Assembly: GCF_048593235.1 (NCBI RefSeq)
Contig: NC_133622.1
Location: 252,282,055-252,346,054 of the forward strand
Direction: 5' to 3'
DNA: 64,000 nucleotides
DNA from: Sminthopsis crassicaudata
Lineage: Eukaryota
The notes below the pieces were generated by a model that was not told the DNA's origin, searched no databases, and saw nothing but the letters and a program-made list of their open reading frames with translations. Both the position numbers and the translations under genes were made by a program. Positions within the stretch are counted from its first letter, which is position 1; each line of letters starts with the position of its first letter. Below are positions 37,438 through 48,700 of this stretch, in pieces.

Positions 37438-39329
37438 GGCTGGTTCCATTGGCCCCACTTGGGGCATGGTCCTTCTCGGGCTCCTTTGGAGTGAGTCTCC
37501 ACGTGGCCGGTGCAGCAAGGTGGGACGGGATTGGGCCCAGTGGCCACCGCCGCTCCCGGTCCCCGCGTCAGCCCTCCCTCTGCCCCAGCCCCTCCGCCGT
37601 GGGCTCCCACCATGTCATGGAAACCCTGTGAGTCCTCGCTCCCTGAGTGCCGCCTGGGCCCACTGGGCCTCGTTAGGGTTCCTTGTGCCCTCGCCATTGC
37701 CAAGGCAATGGGGCCGGTTCCTTTGAGACCCTGCTCCTCTACCTCCTCTCCACCCCGGGCCGGTTAGGCTGGGGGAAATGCCCCTCACTGGCAAGTGGGG
37801 AAACTGAGGCACAGAGTCACGTGTAATCAGTCTGACAGCCAGTCCCGAGGCTCCTGCACAGGGGAGGGGCAGCTGCTGCCCTGGGCCCCTCCCAGCCAGA
37901 GCTGGATGGGAGAAGCTGGGCGAGCCAGAGGTCCAGAGCGAAGTTCTTGCTTTTAATCGTTTTCCTCTTTAACACACATTGCTTTATGAATCACAGCAGG
38001 AGAGAAAAATCAGAGCAAAAGGGAGCCGCGGGAGAGATTAGGAGAGCAGGGAAGGAGGGGAGCGGGCACCGCCGCCCAGCTCCGCGGCTCCCTCGGGTGC
38101 ACAGGGCGCTGTGTCTGGGTCTGTTCTGGCCAGGCTGCCCCGGCCTCCGCCCCGCTGGGAGGAGCCCTCCGTCCTTCGCCTGCATTGCTGTTCCTGGGCA
38201 CACCGGACTCCGGCTCCTGCTGGTTTGGTTCAGAGAGATCAAGTTTCTTTACTTCCCCCCATGCAAACAAGAACCTAAGCTCTCCCCCCTGGACTGGGCT
38301 GGGCTGGCAGGCCTGGCTGTGTGCCTGGGAGATAAAGCTGGGCAGGTGGGGAAGGGGGGCCCCCTGCCCTAGAAAGACTCCACTCTCTGGGTTCTGAATG
38401 GTAGGAGGGGGTAAGAGCTATAACTAAGCTGCTGTGACCCGGGCTGTGTCCCAGGGTGCCACAATTCTGAGGGGCTCTGACAATACTGACAATACCTTGG
38501 GTCCGGAAGCAGCAAAGCTAAATGTGGTGGTTAGCAAAAATAAGAAAAGCAGGAAGCTGCTGGGCTCCGCGTCCCCCCCCCCCATCCATCAGTGGCTGGG
38601 AAGCATCCCGGGGTCTCCACTGCCCGCTCCAATGAGCTTGTGTCCCTCTGCCTCAGACATCACAGGTGCCGCTTCAGCTTTCGAGGGGTGACACCCAGTC
38701 TAGGCCAAAGGTGGCAAGCTCAGCACGACAGAGCAATGGGCGGCTGGCCGTTTGGGGAGGGGCTGGCCATGGGGAGGGGGCTGCAGGATGGGGCCTTCTG
38801 GCTTTGGTCAGAGCGCACCTGAGGTAGTGTGCCTGGTCTGGGGCTGTGTTCTGGCAGGCTGGGGATGGGGTGGGAGGGTGTCCACAACGGGAGGGCTCCA
38901 TTCTCCTCTGGGAATGGAAAGGGATTATCTCACTCTGCTTGGACCCGGAGACAAGTCCAGGGGGAGGGTCCGAAGGGGCTTGCCCTCTGAGCTGCCCACC
39001 AAGGGGCCTGCCTTCCCCTGTTCTCCAAGCAGAGGCCCGAGGCCCAGTTTTGGGCACTCTGACTGGAGGGCTGCAGGGGTCCCTTCTACAGGAGGATTCC
39101 ATGATCAGCCACTTGCATTCTGGGGGGCCACAGCGGGCAGCCCAAGGGGTGATGGGACATCTCGGGGTCCCACTTTCCAATAATCAGAAGGCGACGTTTG
39201 CTTTGGAGCATAGGGACCCTTTCAGTTGCCCCAGCCAGCATGAGTCCCTCCGTCTGTGGGGAGCATCGAGTCTGTCCCTCCATCCTTAGGCGGCACGATG
39301 GGGATCCAGGGAAGGGCTTGTTCTCGTAG

Positions 39330-39630
39330 CCTATAAATGTCAGTGGCCGCATCTGTCCGCCCGCCTGACGTCACCGGCCCTCTCCGGGACTCTGTGTCCC
39401 GGCCTCCCGCCGGCCCCTGCCTGATGCTTCACGACAGATGATCGTCGCTCGCTGGACACTCGCCTCTCACGACTCCGGGACAGCCGGTGCCCTCGTTGGA
39501 TCTTTCCCATTGTCATCGAAGCTCCTCTATCTCCAGGGCAACCCCCACCATCTGAGCCGCTGGCCGACCTTCACCATCTGACCCTCTGGTCGACCCCTAC
39601 CTGACCCTCTGGCCGACCCCTGCCTGAGCC
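39330..39630. promoter_or_regulatory. Candidate CARNS1 upstream enhancer (TATA-like, CRE, 4 CAGATG-type E-boxes, SOX site)
   Basis: CTATAAAT 39331, TGACGTCA 39366-39373, CATCTG/CAGATG at 39350, 39435, 39549, 39575, CATTGT 39508. Confidence 0.4.
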
Positions 39631-40528
39631 GGTCCATTTCCTCCTTGGTGCCTTGGTATAAACAGCCCCGATGGCCCCGGGGGGCCCTCCCTCCCCCTCC
39701 CCCCCCCCCCCCCCCGCTTCTTGGATGTGCTTGTCCAGCTGACCGGAATCTGGTTCTGGAGCCCCTAGGCGGGCAGTGCCAACTGGCCGTCACCAGTCTT
39801 CAGCTTGGTGCTCAGGAGCCGGGCAGAGGCGGGGTATCCGGCCCCCCAATCGTGCCCTCTGTCCTGGTCCAGCTCAAGCTCTGCCATCATTTCCCTTCTG
39901 TCCTCGAGCACAGAGGACCCACAAAGGAGACTCCCGCAGTGTTAGGGTTTCGGACAATCCAAAGTGCAGTTATTAAGCACCTACTGTGTGCCAGGCGGGT
40001 CTTAGAATTGGGGGATGCAAGGGCACCCCTACAACAGTCCTTCCCCTTGGGGGTGCTTCTTCGAGGAGCAGACAGAAGGACGAGACAGAAAGGACGCTCT
40101 CTGGCACAGGCTGGTGAAGATCTAGAGGAAGCCTGGGAAAAGCAGCCGAAGTCTTAGAGCCAGAGAGGGAAATGATGGGGGGGTGCGGGCGGCTGGGGAG
40201 GAGGGAATGCTCCAAGAACTGGCGCTTCAAAGCAATGACCTCACCTGGCCCCCGCAACACTTCCAGGTCGTGGGGCAGTGATTGTCATTTTGCAGACAGT
40301 GAAACTGAGGCAGACCCGGTGGGCCTAGGGAGTCCGCAGCTGGATGTGAGCTCAGTTCTGTCTTTGCTGACTCCGGCTGCCCACTGCCCGCCCTCCCTCC
40401 CCCCCCCCAGATTAGGGCCAGGGCCAGGGGGGGGAGGGGATGGCAGCTTAACATGAGAGAGAACTATTTTTTGACAATTCTATCTGCCCAAGGATGGGGC
40501 GGGCTGCCTGAGGTGGGAGGGGCTGGAG

Positions 40529-40835
40529 AGCCCCCATGGCACCTTTCTGGGCATTCTCCCTCTCCCGGGCTGTGAGGCGGTCACGCTGCCCCCACAGGGG
40601 GCATTGGGCCGGCTCTGAGACAGGGGGGTTCTCTGCTGCGGAGGGCAGCACCACGGCCAGGGCCCGGGGCGGCAGGGGGCTCTCCAGCCCCCATGGCACC
40701 TTTCTGGGCACTCCCCCTCTCCCGGGCTGTGAGGCGGTCACGCTGCCCCCACAGGGGGCATTGGGCCGGCTCTGAGACAGGGGGGTTCTCCGCTGCGGAG
40801 GGCAGCACCACGGCCAGGGCCCGGGGCGGGAGGGG
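40529..40835 (+). repeat. 157-bp tandem duplication (2 copies, 4 differences seen)
   Basis: agcccccatggcacctttctgggca...gcccggggcgg.agggg at 40529 and 40686. Confidence 0.95.
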
Positions 40836-41710
40836 ACCTTTCTGCGCCGGGCCGGAGAGTCCGTGTTTGTGCCAGGCTCCCGGGCTGTCTCTGCGGGCCT
40901 CCGGCCAGCGCTCGGTTTCCATAGCGGAGCCCGTGGGGAGTGGGAGCCTGCTTGTCCCAGGGGCTCCGCCGCCTGTCCTGAACAATGTGTCTCTGTCCCC
41001 GAGTCCCTGGGGGGGGCGGGGGGAGGAGGAGGGGGCGGGGCCTGTACCAGTCTCTTGGTCTCCCCTCTCCCGGCTCAGTCCCTCCGCAGCTCAGTGAGTG
41101 TCCCATTCATCTCTCCCTCCCCCTCCCCTTCTCCCCGTCCCCCTATTGTGGCGCTTTCGGTGCGTCTCTGGGGTATTTTTCTCTGTTTCTTTTCTTTCTT
41201 TTTTTTAATTCCCTTATCTCGACATTTCCCTTCTGTCTCTACTCCCCCCTTTCTGACTTTTGTCTTCTTTCTCTGTCTCTCTCTCTCTCTCTCTTTTCAG
41301 TCTCTGTCTCTATCTCTGTTTCTTCTCTCTCCCAGTCTCTGTCTCTCTTTTCTCTGTTTCTCTCCTCTGTATCTCTCTTTTCAGTCTCTGTCTCTATCTC
41401 TGTTTCTTCTCTCTATCTCTCGGTCTCTGTCTTTCATCTCTCAGTCTCTGCGTCCCCCTCCCCTCCCCCCCCCCTCCCGCTGTTTTTCCGTCCCCGGGCT
41501 TTTTCTGCGCGGGTTTCCCTCCTCCGGGCCGGGGTCTCCCCGTCTCCCTGGAACTTTCTCTGACTCTCGCTCTCCCGCCGGCGGCGTTGGCCCCGGGGCG
41601 GTCCCTGCGCATCCCTGCGCTCCCTCTCTGCGCCCCGCCCGCCAGCTCCCCGGCCCCGCGGGCCGAGCCCTCCCCGCCTCCCTGGCACTGGGCATGCCCC
41701 GCGCCGGGGC

Positions 41711-41800
41711 TATATAAAGCCCGGGCGCCTCTAATCCCCGACACTGGTATCAAGCCCAGGCCAGCCGGGCCGCGAGCCGCGCCGCCCCCTGCTCACCCAG
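41711..41800 (+). promoter_or_regulatory. CARNS1 TATA box (TATATAAA 41711-41718) and probable non-coding exon 1 ending at CAG|gtaccc (41800)
   Basis: Canonical TATA box in a CpG island, followed about 80 nt later by a donor site. Confidence 0.6.
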
Positions 41801-42490
41801 GTACCCCCGCGCCCTGCTCGGCGGGGCTGGGGAGCGGCGCCCCCGGGGGCTGGCCCAGAGGGGAGGGGCGGGAGCGGGGGCTGGGGGGTCAGCCGGGGCA
41901 GGACGGGAGCCAGGGGCGGAGGGGGGGGGCTCGGGAGCCGGAGCTCTGCCTTCCTGGGGCCCAGAGAGCAAGGCTCCAGTCCCTTGGCGGGGGCGGCCCT
42001 GCCTTTAGCAGCAGCCCCCTCCAGCGCCCCCACCCCGAGAAGTCACTGGCGCTTTGAGCCAGCCCGGGGTCAGGTCGACGACTCTGCAGAGCGGGGACCC
42101 AGGAGTCCCCGGGGCCCAGCCCAGTTCCCCTCCCCGGTGCTATCCGGGTCCCGACTGATGGCCAGCTCCCTAGTGCACCGCTCCTCCTTTTCAGACCCTT
42201 GGTTCAGCCCTGAAAAACGCCCCTCAGCCCGTTCCTGGAGGAGGCCCCGGGGCCGGGCGGCAGTCTGGGACTGGCGAGGCTTGTGCTAGCCCGCACCTGG
42301 CATCCGGGCAGAGAGCTAGCGGGGCTTGGAGGGCCGGGGCAGCTGTGGCTGGGTTCCCATGGCCGGGAAATGCCGTCCTCTGGCAGCCGGTCACCCCTGG
42401 CCACATTGCCCCTCTGCCACCCTGGGCCACCCGGCTCTGGTGACAGAGGACGCCTCAGTATCCTCAGTGGTGGCAAAAGCACTGCAGTCG

Positions 42491-42613
42491 CCAGCACCGG
42501 AGGGGGCTCAGCCCTCCGCCTCTGCTCGGAGCTCTGGGCCACAGCTCGGCCACCAGCACCGGAGGGGGCTCAGCTCCCCAGCCTCTGCTCTGACTCCGGG
42601 CCACAGCTCGGCC
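42491..42613 (+). repeat. About 62-bp tandem duplication in CARNS1 intron 1
   Basis: ccagcaccggagggggctcagc...gggccacagctcggcc at 42491 and 42553. Confidence 0.85.
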
Positions 42614-42764
42614 TTTCAGGGTCCCGGGGAAGGGGGAGAGAGCTTGGGGGACAGGAGGGCAAACGGGAGGGCAGAGGCTCTCTTTTGGCCTCAGGAGCTG
42701 CACACACCTTGCTGAAACCCCTCCCCCTTTCCCTCTTCTCTCTGTCAGCCTCTTCATCTGCAAG

Positions 42765-45700
42765 ATGGTGAGTCCTCTTTCTCCCCTTCCTCCTCCCCGG
42801 CCCCTCCCCAGGCCCCCACCTCCCACGGCTGGGACTTGGATCCAGGGCGGCTTCCTCCACCCGAACCCTAATGGCGATTTCCCCCAAAGCATCAACAAGG
42901 AGGAATACGGCTGGGCCGGGCCCTGCTGAAGAGCACGGGTCCTTTTTGTCCCATCAGCCTCCGGTTCCTGGTGGGAGGGCTGGGGCAGGGCGTGATATTC
43001 CCATCTGTCATGTGGAGCCAGGAGTGGGGAGGGCAGCCAGTCACCAGGCAAGAGCTGGGGGAGAGCAGGGCCGTCTTCCGGTTCCAGAGGAGGGACGGGG
43101 GACCCTCCTGGGCTTCCAGTCCGACTTGTCCCCAAACAAAGATACCCACAATCCCTTTGACTTGCAGACTTCCAGGGACGGGGAACTCACTCTCTGTGAA
43201 GTGACCTCTCGGGGCTGGCTCTCATTGGCAGGAGTTTCCTCGGCCTTGTTGGCCTGGGCTCAAGCCCGGCCCTCCTGAGCCCGAGCTCTGTACACTGGCC
43301 CTGGCAGGGCTGTCTTGCTCAGGTGCCCGGGGGAGGAGAAAACGTGCTGGGCTTGGAGCTGGAAAGATCTGGTTTCAAATGTCAGATGCTGCCATTGCCG
43401 TGGCCTGGCAGAATTGAGGCTGGGGAAGTGATCCTGCTGGGGCAGCTCACTTCCCTCTTGTACCTCAGTTTCCTCACTTGTACCTCCTCCTGAGGCTGAA
43501 CGAGGCCCTGCCCATAAAGCACTTTGCAGACTTGAAATGCACCGGCCTCGCACCCAGGCCTCAGGGGAGTCTCAGAAGGCACTGAGCCCAACAGCCTCAC
43601 TTCTCAGAGGAGGAAACAGGCCCAGACTGGTGCAGAGGCTGGTTGAGGCCATCCGGCAGTGGGTGCGGGCATGGCCCGGGACCTGTGTTGGTGAGGAGGC
43701 CGTCCCTGCTCTGACTGCGGGCAAATGTCGGGGGCAGGACGTGAACCTTTCCTGCTTCCCGCCGGAGTCTCCAGCTGCCCAGGCTTCCTCTCAGAGTTTA
43801 GTAAAACCCTCCCCAAATTTAATAAGATTAAAGCCCCGCCCCAATCCAGTAAGAGTAGCCCTGGGGGTGCCCACCTTCCCCGGTGGGAGCCAGTCATGGC
43901 GGCGGGCACCCTGCTCTTCCCTTTCCCCTCCGGAGGTCAGTCACTGGGGTGAAGCTGGAGAGCCTTTCTTTGGCCACTCCCTTCTTACACACTTGACACC
44001 TTGTGGGCCAGATCCCTCCGCTCCCTGCCTTAGTTTCCTTCTCTGTAAAATACTGACGTTGGTGCCCATAGCCTTGAAGGCCACTTCCAGCCCTCCTTCT
44101 GACCCAGTGTGGGCCCTGCACACAGTAGGCACCTGCAGATGTTTGAAGGTTTCTTTCCCCGTGCTTTCAGACGCCCGGGGTCATCTCTCTCTCTCCCCAG
44201 CTGGCCGGGCGCTATCCGGCTGACATTCCTCTTCCCCGATCGATCCTGATCCACATCCTCCTCGGGGTCCCCACACCCCCTTTTCCGCCTCTCCCTCCCT
44301 CCCAATCTGAACCTCTCTGCCTCAAGCTTTCCTTAGATCCAATGCTCCCAGAACTGGCCCGCCCCATGGCTGCCAAAGACCCGGAGGAAGAGGGCTGTGG
44401 GGAGCAGCACGGGAGCCCGGAGTTGCCTCCCAGGGGACCCCTCCTGGGCTCCTGGCACCAGGACGTGAACCTGACTTGTAAGAGCTGCCCTGAGGAGGGC
44501 GCGTCCCGTGCATGGACCACCTTCTACTACAACCTTTTACAGAGCTGTCTGCAGCAGGCCGGCCTCCCCGAGACAGGGGACCGCAGCCTGGAGCCTCGCC
44601 CAGGTGAGCCTCCCGAAGCTGGGAGGTCCGGGGGCCGGGGAGCCACCCCAGCCAGGCCCCGTGGAGGGAGCCAGGAGGCAGGGGCAGTGCCCACACACCA
44701 GCAGCTGCTGCTGCCCCCTTGCTACTCTGTCTTCCTCTGCCAACTTCCCATGGTGGCCTGGGTACCCCATTCTCTCAAGAACAAGGAAGACAGAGCCGAC
44801 AGGATGAGTGGGCACAATCGAGTGAAAGGCTGGGTGGCGGGCTGGCACGGGTGGTGGGGTGAGGGACGGCAGGGGAGCCAACAAAGCATGAAATTGCTCC
44901 TTTTCTCCCAAGGCTGCCCTGGGGCGGAGGTGACCATGTGCATTCTGGGCTCTCCCAGTTCCTTCTTCTCTGTGCTCCTGGAGGGCGGGGCCCAGAGCCC
45001 AGGTAGGTGGTAGCTGTGCTAGGCTGGCTCCGGTCAGGAAGCTCCGTCCAGCTCTGTGCCCTCAGGCCCCACCCCCTCAGCCCACTCCCTGCATGGCAGA
45101 GCTGACCTATGGAAAGGGCAGCAGAGCCTCAGCCGCGTCCCAAAATACCCGAGCCAGGCAGCTGCTGGGCATTCCTGAGCAGACAGCTGGGGATTCCTCC
45201 TGGGGGGGGTGGGCCAGGCCCCATGGGCCTGGATGGGGGGGCGGGCCCGGGCTGGGGACCAGGGAGGGCTCCCTGAAGGGTCCCCGGCTGACGTCTTTTC
45301 CCTTCTCAAAGCCTTGGGCTCAGAGAGAGAGAGAGAGAACTGGAGAGCAATCCTAGCTCTGGCAGCCAGACTTATTAAGTGTCGACTGTATACCCGGCAC
45401 TGTGCTAAGTGCAGGGATATAGAGACAGAAACCAGTGGCTTCCCTCCAGGACGGGCTAGAAGCAGCACACATAGCACCACCAGGCAGAAAGCTTTAGCAT
45501 TAGTGCAAACGGGGGGAGGGGGGAACGAACCTCAACTTTCCCATCTGTAAACCAGAAGAGCTGGCCCAGCTGGTCTCGGAATTCCTGGTTCTGGCCGCTC
45601 TCCCTACCCACCCTCCTTTCTCCTTCTCTCCCCCAGGAAACTCGCTGCTGTGTCTCTCCCCGGCCTGGCTGACCAAAGTGCCCGTGGCTGAAAAGCCGGG

Positions 45701-48700
45701 GGACTCGGCCCTCCTGGTCTCGAAGGCCGTGGCCTTCTATCCGGGCGGCCTCACCTTTCTGGAGGAGTTCGCCCCCCCGAGGCGGGTCACCTACTTCCTG
45801 GGGGAGTTGGGACCCAGGGCCGGCCGAGGCCGGGAGGCGGCAGAGCTGAGCAGGGACCTGGGCTGCCCCACGGGGAGCTCGGCAGAGCTGGCCCGCCTCC
45901 TGGAGGACAGGCTGCTCACCAGGCAGCTCCTGGCTCAGGGGGACAAGGTGGCGGTGCCCGCCACGCTGGCCTTGACCTACAAGCCCCCTCAGCAGCTGCG
46001 GGGCCAGGCGCAGACCCAGAGTGTGCGGCGGGTGGAACTCAGTGACAAGGAGGGGCAAGAGGGGCTGGTGGAAGAGGAAGTGGAGACCTTCCTTCGCCTT
46101 GGAGCCCTGGGAGAGGCCCACCAGGTACCAAGGATGCTGGGACAGGGTGAAGAGAGGGGGGAAGGGGAGAGGATGCGGGGAGGGGAGACCTGGCTTTGTC
46201 CTCTGACGAGAGGCGGGACCTTCGGCACACCCATCTAGCCACAGCCATGTAGAGGGCACCCCCTGGGCGCTGGGCACTCTGCCATACACCGGGGACAAGA
46301 AGAAAATCCCCACTCAGGGGGTCCCCAGAAACAACCCTGTGCATGAGGCGTCTGTGGGATGAATGAGGGGGAGCATGGGGGGGGACTGGCAAAGATTCTA
46401 CAGGAGGCGGGGGGCGGCCGGGGAAGTCGCTCCTCCTCGCAGCTCTCCCTTTCTTCCCCTGGAAGATGGAGGGCAGGTCTCCATGGCCTGGCTCCTTTCC
46501 CAGTCCCAAATTTAGGAGCCTCTGACCTTTCTATATATATCTGGGGGGGGGATTCAAGGAAAGACTGTACCCCCAATCCCAAAGACTGAAATGAGCCCAG
46601 CGAGCTTGAGGATGCAGAGATGGAGCTGCCGGGTGCTCGGGAGAGGCCCCGAAGCCAAGAAACTCTGGGATGGCTGCCAGTTAGTAGCCATCGCCATCAT
46701 AGGAGGGGGCAGGATGGAGAGAATGCTCTCTCCTGGTTATTGTGACTCTGACAAAGTGATGTGGGTAAAGTGCTGGGGCGCAGAGGAGCCCAAGATCTGG
46801 GTTCAAATCCCGACTCTGCCGTTTATCTTCCCTGAGACTCAGTTTCCTTGCCTGTAAGAATGAGAGTTGGGTTTCAGAGAGCCCTTCCAACCCTGGGCAC
46901 ACCCGCTCAGTTGTAACTGGTGCTGCTGGGGTCTGGCTGTGGGATGGGAAGTGTTAGAGTCCTACTCTGCACAGAGAGGGAGAGCTGGCAGAGCAGGAGG
47001 CCCCTCCCTGATGCCCACCTGTCCCCTTAGGTGGCAGTAAAGCCCGGGGGCTGGCGCTGGCGAGGGTCCCAGGCCATGAGCCTGCACCCGAGGTCCGAGC
47101 CAGGGGCCGTGGTGCAAGCCGTGCTGGCCCTGCTGGAGAAGCTGGAGGAGGAGGAGAGCGTCCTCGTGGAAGCCGTGTGTCCCCCAGCCCGTGTCCTGCA
47201 GCCCGATGCCCCCGGGAAGATCACTGCCCAGCCAGGTGAGAGAGCCGAACCGGGCGCAGCAGGGTCCTTCTCTCTTGGCTTCCACACAGCGGCAGAGGCC
47301 TGGCCCAGAATCTCAGGCCCCGATCTAGCCTTGTGGCCCTGCCTCAGCTAGGGGCACTTCCCCCATCCCCAGGATTGTAAATACTATGTTAGAGTTACAG
47401 AGTGCTGGGTTCGAGTCCCAGCTCAGGGACTTGCTGGCAGGTATGGCCCTGAACAGATCACGATGGCTCTAAGAGCCTCAGTTTCCTCATCTGCAAAAGG
47501 GGGGAAACACTTGCCTATAAGGCAGTGTAATGGGTGGGTGGAGTGCTGGCCGTGGAGTCAGCTTGCCCCTGCCACATCTAGGACATGGACAATTCACTCA
47601 GTCTCAAGGGACGAAGACCAAGCCGCCAGGGGGCTGCGATCCACTGTGGGGAAGGGAGAACCCATACCTGAATTCCTGTTTTACCCAAACAAAAACAGTG
47701 TAAACTTCTCAGGTCTGAATAGGGAAGAAGAAAGCACATTGGGCCTCCTGGGGCCATTGCGGGCATCTGGCAGGTCTGTTCAGGGTGTCCAGCAGGTCTG
47801 TCCGGGGCATCCTCCGGTCTGTCCAGGCTTTGCAGCAGCCATGTTAGTAAGGCTCCTTGTGTTTCTTCCAGAGCTGGCCATTCGGGCCTGTGCTGTCGTG
47901 TGCAGAACCCAGGGCGATCGGCCTCTGATGAGCCAAGTAAGAAAGGAACCCCTAGTGGGCTACATAAGGACCCCAAGATTCTCCCGCCTCTCAGAGGACC
48001 ACCTAGGGCTGCTTGCCCACTGCTGCCCAGAGGACAAGCCCCTGGGTCTAAGCAGACTCACCCAGGGCAGCTCGAGGGATTGGGGGGGAAGGACAAGAGG
48101 AAGCTTCAAAGCAGGATTTGAACCCTCTGTCCAGAGGCCCTAGCTTTATCTCTGCTACTACTCCTTGTGACAAGAGGCCTCTGTGCCTCAGTTTCCCTGT
48201 CTGGAGACAAGGAAATTGGCTCAGAAGGCTGCTGGGGTCCCTTTGGGTCCTGTGAGTCCGGGTGCAGGCTGCAGGGGAGCCTGATGGGAGGTGGGCCAAG
48301 GAGAATGGGCAGAGTCCCGGGCGGAGCTGGGCTGAAGGGAGGGGTCAGGCAGGGGCTGCAGGCTTGGCACTGAAAGTCTGGGGCCCATTTCCTCATTTTT
48401 TCGGTGGGAAACAACAGGCCAAGCGATCTGCTCCGGCCGGGACAGAGCGGAGGCTGAGAGCTCACTTAGGGAAAGGCCCAGGATTTAGGGCAGGAGCCGG
48501 GGACCAGACGCAGGGGCCTTGAATGCCTGGGCAATGGGGAGCCGGTTTCAGAGGGCAGGAGCCAAGAAGTGGGGAGGGGCCCATGGGCAGCCCCTCTTCC
48601 CCCCTCCCCCCGCCGTGGAGCTCCAGCTCCCGGGCTGCGGGTGGGCGCTGGGAGAAGGCCGGCCCGGGCCCTCTGGGGCTGACGCGCCCTGCCTGGCACC

